Notes under the pieces: generated by a model | Told to the model about the DNA's origin: nothing | What the model saw: only the letters and a program-made list of their open reading frames with translations | Database searches by the model: none | In this document: positions 53,620 through 64,000 of the stretch, one piece after another | How the letters are laid out: every line of letters begins with the position of its first letter | Position numbering within the stretch: position 1 is the stretch's first letter | Assembly (NCBI GenBank): GCA_012295275.1 | Contig: CM022676.1 | Coordinates: 11,594,001-11,658,000 of the forward strand | DNA: 64,000 bases | Reading direction: 5' to 3' | Origin: Chrysomallon squamiferum | Taxonomy: Eukaryota > Animalia > Mollusca | Program-made: the position numbers and the translations under genes

Positions 53620-55583
53620 CTATCTGTAAAATGTCACATGTCTCATGGTTGTTGTTTCGGTCTCCCGGGGAATTGTGGGATTGGTTTTCACCTCCGCAGC
53701 GGTAGACGTTACTGGGTTTTGTTCAGCAGAATGACCTCGTGACAGACGTCTGCCGGCAGGGGTCGGAACACGCTGATAAATAACACGAGTCTCTTTTCTT
53801 TTTACTAGAACAACGGAGTTTTGTTGTTTTTTGTTAGGAAAAAACTCTGGAACGATTCCAGAGGAACGGTCGCTGTCGACTGAACTCACTGTGTAACTTT
53901 ATATACACAGACACACAATATCGCAATCCATCTATATTATTCTTTCCTTCTATAATGACCCTTGTTAACCCTTATGTGATCGTTGTGACAGATTACAATA
54001 TCTGAATCCATCTATAATATTCTTTACTTCTAAACTGAACGCTCAAGGCTGGCGCTAATACTGTTTTTAAAAATGTTTGTGTTCTAGTATACAAAAACGT
54101 GATACAGTATTTATATCCATACATGCATACATAGATTCTATGTCAGGTATCCCTAGAGCGAAGCCAACTCAAGTAGTAACCTGCCCGATACAGATATATA
54201 GTTACAGCTTAAGATTTTCTGTAGACAGTGTATTGAAGAGGGTTTTTTTTTTTTTTTTTTTTTCCGTTATGGTTTTGTTTTATTTTATTTTATTTTATTT
54301 TATTTTATTTTATTTTATTTTATTTTATATTTTATTTTATTTTATTTATTTATTTATTTTTTTTTTTTTTTTGGCTTTGTTTTGTTTTGTTTTGTTTTTG
54401 TTAATTAATTTTTGTGGGTTAAGATTTTATTTTATTTTATTTATTTATTTACTTCAATTATTCAACAATCAATATAAATATCAGACGCAGAAGTAAGTGT
54501 ACTGAGCAACTGTTGAACAAAATTATTTTCGTGTAATTTTCATCTGATATATTATTCATGACAATTTTAAATGTGCTGAGCAGGGTATTGATTTGTTAGA
54601 ATTTTGATTGTGTTGAGAAATGTACTAATTTATACCTGTATCTTTTAATTATAATTTTGTTCTTTACTTCTCTTCTTTTAATTTCCACCCAAAATATAAT
54701 ATGTTTGGTAGAGGTATTCTATTGTATCAGTTTTAAGACCTTTAAGAGAGTATTAATTTGCATCAGTTAAATGCAGTTTTAGTCTTTATTTTCCATTATT
54801 TTATTTTAAATATGTATATTTGGTCTATATCCAGTATTCCGGCAACTCTGTAAATGTGGACTATCTCTGGTTCCAAACTTGCAGATTAATAATGTGACTG
54901 TCACTCAGAGGTTTTCAACAGATGTAAATAAATAAAATAAAACAAAATAAAATAAATAAATAATAAATAAATAAAATAAAATAATAATAAAATGAAATGA
55001 AACAAAATAAAATAAAATAATAAATAAACAAAGTAATAAAATGAAATGAAATAAAATAAATAAATAAATAAATGAAATGAAATGAAATAAATAACGAAGA
55101 TAAATAAGAAAAGAAAAACAAAGATGATAATTTTATTGTAAACATTTATTTGACAACAGCCATATACAAATGTAAAGTAAAAGTTACAAATATAAATGCA
55201 AGTTGGATTTAAATTCATCCATTAACCCTTTCTGCGCCATGTTACATTATGATCGAAACTTGTGAAATATAATACATTAATTTCAATAATTTACTTGGAG
55301 GAAAACATTTTAAAAATTACACAGAAATTCTGTTTATTTTTGTTTTATTTTTAATTTTCAAAAAGAACCAAGCAACTGCAGTAAAAATTTACAGGAAGAA
55401 ACGTTTAGAAAATTGAGCTCATTTTATGACGTCATCATTTTATGGGCACCGTTTTGGCAGGGAAAGGGTTAATAAATGTTTCGCAAAAAAGACATAATTT
55501 CAAAGATGAAGTTTACTCACAAAAAAGCTTCATTAAACTGTTTTGTTTTCTCCAAATTTTAGCTAATACTTCCAGACTGAAGT
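53620..55583 (-). CDS. Candidate uncharacterised spliced ORF (exons 55583-55521 and 53888-53620)
   Basis: A 63-nt exon with tttaccag acceptor and GTGAGT donor (phase 1-1, FSLEVLAKIWRKQNSLMKLF) joins in frame to a GC-enriched 89-codon terminal exon after a cacag acceptor (LSSVDSDRSSG...HVTFYR*). No recognisable domain. Confidence 0.35.
55222..55472. mobile_element. piggyBac-like MITE (~243 bp) with TTAA target duplication
   Basis: TTAA-CCCTTTCtgcGCCA ... TGGCaggGAAAGGG-TTAA. Confidence 0.7.
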
Positions 55584-57454
55584 CTGGTAAATTAAAGTAA
55601 AATAAAAAAATAAAGAAGCTTTATGATAAAAATCCCCAATGGAAATTATGAAAACATTAAGTTAACGAAGCGAAATATATCGAAATATATATTACACATA
55701 TACAATACAATTTATAAACAAGTGTTTCAAGTTATCATTTATAATATTAATTCATTTCAGTTAAGTAAAAAGGTGTTAAAACAAATAAACTGAATCTTCT
55801 CACTTTTTCTATTCTTTCCTTTTTTTTTTATTTTATTTTTTCAAACGACAATCAGTTGTCACACCAAGTAACTGGTCTTCTCCGATGAAAAGGAAGTTAA
55901 CAAGCCAAACACCAATCAATAAACAGCTAACATAGTGTGATGTAACTGTTAGCCAATGAAAATCGTCAATACTGTTCTTGAAGCTGTTTTAAGATTAAAA
56001 TGACAAATGAAATGCGTTTAACTTCATCATTACCCTTGTTGAAACAAGAAACGTGTGTGAGTTATACACATCAATGCAACTACGACGTTGGTAACGCTAC
56101 ATATACTACGTAGACTGTTTCTACAACAACTAAGATTATATTACGTCATATAACAGCAATTGCAACGAGAAGTTTTCAGTAAAATGAAAAACCACTCACT
56201 TTTGAATGAGACAGGAAGTCAAAAATCTAAATCTATTTGTAGTCACGTTGGTAGCTGGCCTGGTTGTCATGGTGATAAAGTAAGGAAGGATCTGAAAGTC
56301 ATTGTAGGGGATCTCAGTGCCAATATTGTTACAGAATTTATTTGATAAAGAGAATTTATTACTGAAACTGATAAAACATTGGCTGAGAACCCACTGTTGT
56401 GAAAAATCGTCTGAAAGCAGAAAGGTTTTCTGACTCTGTTAAGAAAATCAACATCAAGTCAAATCCAGACAGTAACACTGACATTGGTAGTGACCAGAAT
56501 GATAAAAATAAATGTAAAAATTTTAAAAATATAAAAAATTTAAGAAAATATCTTGGTAATTTGTAAAATATTGCAAAATGTATTCACTGTTTGTACTTTT
56601 TTAGGTAATCAAATAACAGATGTATTTTACAGTCCCTTTGACTTTATTTATTTATTTATGTTTATTTCTCTTAAAAAACAAAAAAAAACAAAATTAAATA
56701 ACATCAATAAATCTACTTTATATATATAGTTATTGTTACAGACTAATTGTCTGTTTAATATTTAAATTTAAAATAATAATAATAATTATTATTATTTTAT
56801 TTACTTATATATATATTTTTTTAAATTTATCTTTATTCTAAGTTATGAGGTAAAAATAATCATGTTTACTGTCATCTCAGATACTCTTGTCGGTCTGTTT
56901 TATTCAAACACAGCATTGTCAGGACAAAGTGAGCCTCTTACTTTTGATCAACCAGGCAAGCCTCTAGGTACAAAGCTAAAAACTAATAACAGAACACTAC
57001 TCACAACCATCTTTTCAAAAGGAGAAGAAACCAAACTAAAAATGAAAAAAAATAAAAAATAAAAAATAAAAATAAAAAAGAAAGAAAGAAGGATACTACT
57101 GTCAGAGATAGAAAAATCAGCATGCAGAGCAAAAATATGTACACGTTATTTATTCTGACAAACATATGGATAGACAGACAGACGTTCATCTTTGTGTGAA
57201 TTCAGACTGATGAGTTTTACTAAAACATAAAATCTATATTTTACCAATTTAAATTTAAACTTAAAGGTTCTTTTTCATGTAATCTGCCAGAATAATAATA
57301 ATTGTGATTTTTGGGATCTAGCAATTATTTAGTATTATCCAATGAAAAACCGTTTATCATTTTGGGCATGAAAATAACGAAAAAGACAACCGAGATAGAC
57401 ATATGCAATAGAAATAGAAAAATGCTTCATACTGAGTCAAAAAAAACAACAAAT

Positions 57455-57600
57455 TTACTTTATAGTATCTAATCAAAACAAGTTCATTTAATAGTATCCC
57501 ATTAAAAAAATTGTTTATCTAATAGCATCCAATCAAAACAGGTTTATTTAATAGTATCCAATTAAAAACTGTTTATTTAATAGTATCCAATCAAAACACT
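57455..57600. repeat. ~29-bp tandem repeat with CCAAT-like core
   Basis: tttaatagtatccaatcaaaaca-like unit, about 5 copies. Confidence 0.7.
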
Positions 57601-59290
57601 GTTCTCATCGTAGTGTTCTTTAAAGAAGAGCAGTACTGACGAGTCCAGACAAATGACGAGATTTTGTTTGTTTTGAGATTGAAAGTCTGAACGTCACATG
57701 ACGTGAACACTTTGAGATTTGAGACTCGGATGATTAGTCAGTAAAATATCACACAAAGGTTAAAACAAAGCAACTCATAATGGAAGACACAAAGCTAAAA
57801 CAAACAACACTGAAACGTTAATATTCCTGGACATAACACGTTTAAAAATATAATGAAAACATCGAAAAAAGTTTGTAAACTACTTCAGAAAGTATTTATA
57901 GTTAGAAAAAAAAAAAAAAATGGTATAAACAGCTTGAAAAAATCAATTCTATTTACATTTTTGTTAAAACTGGTAAGTTTTATTTTCAGAATCTCATAAG
58001 AGCTATAATGTATATATGGTAATCAGGGCGGGGGGGTGTTATATAAAGACTTAGAAATAAAATAAAAGTAATCTTTTTAAAAACTAATATTGTTCATTTT
58101 TAATGAGTTTTGTTCAGTGTTTTGTTTTACTCTCCATATCCTATACAATGGTTCTTTTTTTTATACGACAATACGGAGGGGGTGAATTAAGTTAAAATTA
58201 CGTAACTAACACTCTTTCTTTATTAATGCATGTTGTTCTATATTTAAATAACAACTGAAAATGAGTGATCTGCCTTTTTTTCTGACATGAATGATGATGA
58301 CCTACATAATAACAAATCATAAATAACTGATTTCCCATGTTAATGAAATGAGTTATACCCCTTTTGTGAAACAATGCATGTATGAGTAATGTCCATTACC
58401 TTTGAAATAGAATAATTACCCCTTAACTTAAATAGACTATTGTCTTCGGTTAAACAATAAAACAAATTAACAGTTGAATTTTTTGCTAAAAACAATAATA
58501 CAAATAATAAAATGTTTAAATTTATAAATGAATTGTCAGAATCTGAAAGTAAATGTAAAGTAATTAATGGAATGCAATGATAGTTAAAGCAAATCACCAA
58601 TCAAAAATATTTCTAAAATATTTCACAAATGTGAAAACAGAAAAGGACAGAGGGGGAAAAAATCAATTACTTACATAAATTCATTAAATATGTCATTAAG
58701 TAATAATAATAGTTGTAGTATTAGTAGCAGTAGTAATTCTGTCTATATATTACATACAAAGGTTTTTGTCTTTTAACTAATAAAAGTAAAAATCAAATTT
58801 TAGAAACACCATTAAAAATATCTTTAAAAGAATTGAAACAATTAATATATATTTTTAAGAAGATAAAAGAATTAGTGAAAAATCTTATTACAAAAATTGA
58901 TAAAATATATAGAAATAGTGCAAATTCAAACAATAAAAATATATAGGTATAAGTGAATTATTTTAAAAACAAGCTATTTATGAAAAACAAATGCAGAAAG
59001 CATTTAAAATAAAAAAAGAGATACAAATGTATAATAGAATTCTGCTTGATTGTCATAATAAACAGAAAAACTTCAAAATAAAATTTAAAATTACAAACAT
59101 GTTAAAAATATCAAAAACAATACATTTCTGTTATTTTCAAAACAAAGTGAATATCAAAACAAAATATAATGTAAAAGAAGCTCATAGAAAGTCAGCCATA
59201 TTGAAAATAACAAATATCAAAATCTCTGTCTTCTGTTAAAACAAAAACACAACATTCTCTGGAATACCAGAACCATAATATGTAATGTTC

Positions 59291-59332
<42 letters not shown>

Positions 59333-60331
59333 TAATAATAAATAATAAATTTAAAAGATAAACATTTTTAAAAACATATAAATTAAAACAAATACATTAT
59401 TAATTTATATTTGAACACAAAATTTTCTTCACAAAAACAAATTTAAAATAATAAAATATTTAATTTAATTTAATTTATCTCATCTCATCATCTCATCTCA
59501 TCTTGTCTCATCTAGAATATCTTATTTAACACAGTGATTATAAAACTGCATTTTAGTCACAAATCACTCGTTTCATTTTAATGCTGATAAGTGTATTTTT
59601 TTCAAAATTATTGTGAAATACAATCAGCTAAATTCCAGTATAAGCAAATAAAAAAATAATCATAATAACTTAAATAAAATTGGATTAAAAATATGTTAAT
59701 AAATTGTAACATTTTGAGCACTTTATTTCATTTGTCATCATATTTTGACTAGAAAAACAGATTTTTATTATTATCCTTTTATTTATTTATTTATTTAATT
59801 TATTTAAATTATCAATTATAATACAGAATAAAAAAAACCAATACCCATAAAACAATTTATTTTCACTCAGTGAGGACTAGTTTATTTTCAAGAGCAGTGC
59901 TGTATTTCACTTCAGCTTCCTTCCAATTAATAGTTTACCTTCTTAGTTACATAAAAGTATTAACAAATTGAGCAGACTAATATATCTGTGAAACTAACAT
60001 CGAGTTTTGTTTTGTCCGTCCTGGAATGTGCAAACAAGGAGCAATGCAGAATAAATATAAATTTAAAAACATTCTATCTACGTTTTCTTTACAAAATGAC
60101 ATCAGACATATAGTAGTAGTAGTAGTAATTAATCATTAATAATAATAAGATATTAAACAGTTCACAGAGGCTGTTAATCTCACATTTATTTAAAAACAAA
60201 TTTAACCTTTTACCAGCCACCAAATTAAATAAATCGAAGAAACCGCTACAAGCACCAAAACAGCATTTTAACACTGCTAAAACATCTAGAGTGTTGACTA
60301 TTTATAATTTAGTTAAATGAAACAACTGACT

Positions 60332-60412
60332 TTAACCCTTTCTAAGAAGTGAGCAAGAACAGAGTGCAAGACACAAAAAGCAAACTAACTGCACTAGCAC
60401 AGAAAGGGTTAA
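60332..60412. mobile_element. Very small piggyBac-like MITE (73 bp)
   Basis: TTAA-CCCTTTCT ... AGAAAGGG-TTAA, the same termini as the element at 55222. Confidence 0.55.
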
Positions 60413-62484
60413 CACACCAGACAAATGTTGATTAAAATTTACTATCCCCATTATGCATATAAATAAACATGGAGGTAATTCTTTATTAATCTATCAGCAA
60501 TAATAAAAAAAAAATACTGGATTTTAAAAAAATTATAATAATTACTGGATATTATAAAAATAATAATAATTAAGGGACATTAAAAAAAAAAATAATTAAT
60601 TACTGGATATTAAAAAAATAATTACTGGATATTATTCTTAGCCTGTTAATGCTTTTGTCGTTCAATATGCTGAGAAGAAAGATAACTCTAATCACTTCAA
60701 AGAATTCAGAAGGGAGATAACTTCAATTACCTTCACATTAAAGAATTATTATAAGGTTTAACTTTAGTCAACTCCAAGTATATGCAAGGGAGATAATTAA
60801 AACTAATTCTCTTTAGATATTATAAAGGGCAATAACTACAATTAATGTCACCTGTTACGAAAGGAAACAATATCTGCATAGGTGTTGACAATATGCAATT
60901 AAAATTATTACAGCTGGAGGAAATACAACAAAGAAAACCTGTAAATGGAGAGAGTGCCAGTAACTTGTACAGAACCCAGTGACGGAATCACAGACTTACA
61001 GACGACAATGATACAAACCTCCTGACACCTCCACCTCATAGTGGACTGACCCACTTGTTGCAATATTAAGGCCATGATTTGTTTGTTTCACATGGAAAAC
61101 GGCTGCATCCAACTGTTTTAGTCTGGGGGGGGGGCAGAGTTACCAGATTCAGAAATTCTTTGACATTTGCTGCCTTAACAAAGAAATATGTGTACACTGG
61201 GAAGGGCTGGGATGGGGAATGGCAAGATGTATTTAGTAAGTTTTTAAAATTATACTCAGAAGTGTTTACTTGTATTGTAAGCAGTGACCATGAAACTGAA
61301 TTAAAACAATAATGATGATGATGATGATGATGATGCTGATGATGATAACGAGAGATTTTTAAGCATTTTTTTCTTGATGTAGTCAAATTCAGTAAATTAC
61401 TTTGTTTCTTTATTTTGCAGTAGCCCTTGTTTGATGAAAATGATGAAATTTTTGGGACTAGAAATTTTATGATCCCTGAAGAATGTTGATTACTATTAAT
61501 TTGATAACCATGTTGATAATATCAGAAAATAATGGTGATTTAGATATATTGTGTTTTTGACAAAACAAAATTTTATCAATTTCAGCTGTAGTAATAATAA
61601 TAATAATATTATTAATAATAATAATAATAAAGGAATAAATAAATAAAATTTCAGTGTTTTCAAACCAACAAACAAAAAATGTGGTTAAAATAATAAAACA
61701 TTTATCAAAGAGAAATACAGCATTTTAATTTGTAACAATAATGTTTTGTTTTTGTTTTAATCAGAAAACATTTTAAAATAAAAGATTATACAGCTCAGAG
61801 AAGAATTGAAAAAGAATATATATATTTATATATTCAGATTAAACACCACACTGATGAAGCTGCTGTTTTGGTCAAGATGATGATGCACATACTGCCAATG
61901 ATGTCACTGTGTAAATAGTTTTTAATTTTTCCTTTTCTTTTTTGTCTAACGTCCAATTTAGTATAAAGGATTTCTATTCTATGTTTTACTGTTTTGTTGG
62001 ATTAATTTTGGAATTCTTTATTTAGTTTTGTATACATAAATGTGTTATTACGATAATAATATCATTGTAAGTCTGTTTGATTTAACAATTTGTGCTGTTT
62101 GAAAAGCTAAGCAACATGTGAAAAACAAATTTAAAATATAATTAAATATTTGTTTTTCACTAATTTAAAAATAACAGTTTTTAAAAGTGCTTCTAAATAA
62201 CATTTCAAAATAATAAAGCGATAAAAAAGAAAAAAGAATATAATTATAATAATAATAATTTGAGAAATAAAAAGAATAATGTAAAATTTGTTGATGAATG
62301 CAAGCTGGACTTGGTCCCAATGGTTTCTATAATTTATCAGTTTAACAGAAGTGCAAAATAAACCAGGTGTTGAGACCGCATGAAAGGATTTAACGCGTTA
62401 CAACATTGTCGCATTGCACCATAAAATTTGAAGCCCATCAAGCAGCTGTCACACGCATTCTAAAAGAGACTCTTCCTGTACCCA

Positions 62485-62574
62485 TCATGCCTTGGGCTCA
62501 TCACTTTCACCTTTGACCTCTGGGGTTTCAGTCAGAGGAGAGGTCTTAGGAGAAACTTCATTTTGTTTCTCAAC
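62485..62574 (-). CDS. NCAM: NCAM-like last coding exon
   Basis: ttgcag acceptor, phase 0. Encodes [29 protein letters not shown] then TGA; the ending resembles NCAM1 ESKA. Confidence 0.78.
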   Translation of the reverse strand, partial: VEKQNEVSPKTSPLTETPEVKGESDEPKA

Positions 62575-62629
62575 CTGCAATTTAAATATAAATAAAAATG
62601 TATTAAATAGACTGAGAGAGAGAGGGAGG

Positions 62630-62722
<93 letters not shown>

Positions 62723-62787
62723 AGGGAGAGGGAGAGGGAGAGGGTGTGTGTGTGTGTGTGTGTGTTTTAGTTAAGGTAAAATTATAC

Positions 62788-62890
62788 CTGGTCAGTTTCA
62801 GTTGGTTGTTCTATCAACAAGTCTGTAGGTTTCTCTTCTTTGTCTTCAGGCTCTTTTTCTTCCATCTTCTCTTCTTCTTCAGCTTTACCA
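62788..62890 (-). CDS. NCAM: NCAM-like cytoplasmic exon (acidic, PEST-like)
   Basis: ttacag acceptor, CAG|GTATAA donor, phase 2-0. Encodes [34 protein letters not shown]. Confidence 0.78.
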
Positions 62891-62987
62891 CTGTAATAAC
62901 AATAACAATAATAAATAAATAAATAAATAAATAGTGTTTTCTTATATTTTAAAAGAAAAACTAATTTTGGGAAAAATAATAAATGAA

Positions 62988-63272
62988 TTGTAATGAACTG
63001 TAAATGTCACTGTAATGAACTGTAAATACTACTGAAATAGAACTGTAAATACAACTGTAATGAACTGTAAAAATTACTGAAATAGAACTGTAAATACGAC
63101 TGTAATGAACTGTAAAAATTACTGAAATAGAACTGTAAATACAACTGTAATGAACTGTAAAAATTACTGAAACAGAACTGTAAATACGACTTAATGATCA
63201 TAAAAATTACTGAAATAGAACTGTAAATACAACTGTAATAAACTGTAAATACAACTGTAATGAACTGTAAAC
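62988..63272. repeat. ~45-bp intronic minisatellite abutting the donor at 63276
   Basis: aactgtaatgaactgtaaaaattactgaaatagaactgtaaatac, about 6 copies, starting immediately after GTGAGT. Confidence 0.85.
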
Positions 63273-63276
63273 TCAC

Positions 63277-63345
63277 GTTTCTTCGGGTGTGTCCTCTGAT
63301 TCTATTTTCACTTCATCCTTGGCAAGCAGCGGCTCCTTCCTCTCA
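63277..63345 (-). CDS. NCAM: NCAM-like cytoplasmic exon
   Basis: ttgcag acceptor, GTGAGT donor, phase 2-2. Encodes SERKEPLLAKDEVKIESEDTPEE (compare NCAM ESKEPIV). Confidence 0.8.
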
Positions 63346-63459
63346 CTGCAATCAGTTTGTAATATGTCATTTCATTGGTTGTTTTAACAATGCATTTTCT
63401 AACACGTTATTTCATTGGCTGTTGAATTAGTAACATAACAGCTCTTTGGTTATTTATCT

Positions 63460-63497
<38 letters not shown>

Positions 63498-63599
63498 TTT
63501 GCAATTTTATGATATTTATATAGAAATATGGTGGCTGAGGGTTACTGTATAGTTATTTTTTTTATTATTTCTGATTTGGTGGTATCCTCTGTTATATAA

Positions 63600-63663
<64 letters not shown>

Positions 63664-63855
63664 GTAAATTTGATACTGATCTATCAAAACTTCAAAATGT
63701 CAACATAACACAGTTATGATGAAAAAAACCCAGTGATTTCAAAGTTTGGTTAGAACTCAATTTTAAGCAAAAAAAAAAAAAAAAAAAAAAATATAATAAT
63801 AATAATAATAACTGGTTGCTATAGGCAACGTATTTTTAACAACACAATGACCCAC

Positions 63856-64000
63856 CTGTCTCCTGCTTCCAACGCGGATGCAGCCCCACCCGCTTCTCCG
63901 CCCCCTCCACCTACTTTGTGCTGCAGGAACCAGATGATGCCAGTTTGTTTTGTGAAGTACAGCGACACGTCAATGACAACAAACAAGATGATCAACACAG
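63856..64000 (-). CDS. NCAM: NCAM/fasciclin-II/apCAM-like cell adhesion molecule, transmembrane exon (partial)
   Basis: Encodes VLIILFVVIDVSLYFTKQTGIIWFLQHKVGGGGGEAGGAASALEAGD, comparable to NCAM1 IFVLLLVVVDITCYFLNKCGLFMCI...DMEEG. Donor AG|GTGGGT at 63855, phase 2. Confidence 0.8.

Noticed and set aside
56260-56345. DKVRKDLKVIVGDLSANIV, faintly like the GDFNAKVG motif of LINE (RTE/L2) endonucleases
   Set aside because: Too short and degenerate; no adjacent endonuclease or reverse transcriptase motifs visible.

Overview
AT-rich, microsatellite-dense animal (eukaryotic) genomic DNA with spliceosomal GT-AG introns. The gene content suggests an invertebrate, possibly a mollusc; this is inference only. 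Most entries in the ORF track are microsatellite artefacts, so the gene models below were built by hand from splice sites and exon phases. Left to right: (1) last three coding exons of a BACE/beta-secretase-like aspartic protease (+, 11-1523). (2) A convergent 7-exon ZU5-ZU5-(UPA-like)-death domain gene of DTHD1/PIDD type (-, 6317-25851, ~698 aa), with candidate alternative first exons out to 32005. One of its introns is almost filled by an ~11.6 kb, 62-bp satellite that is an amplified copy of the gene's own exon/intron donor junction. Each unit therefore carries a 5' splice site, a pyrimidine-CAG|GT ratchet-like motif and a potential in-frame 21-nt microexon. (3) A tandem segmental duplication (~38.3-53.4 kb) holding two disrupted RING/coiled-coil/NHL-propeller TRIM-like genes and a Tigger/pogo remnant. 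(4) A candidate uncharacterised spliced ORF and two TTAA-flanked piggyBac-like MITEs. (5) The last four coding exons of an NCAM/fasciclin-II/apCAM-like adhesion molecule (-, 62485-64000). No rRNA, tRNA or CRISPR array was recognised.
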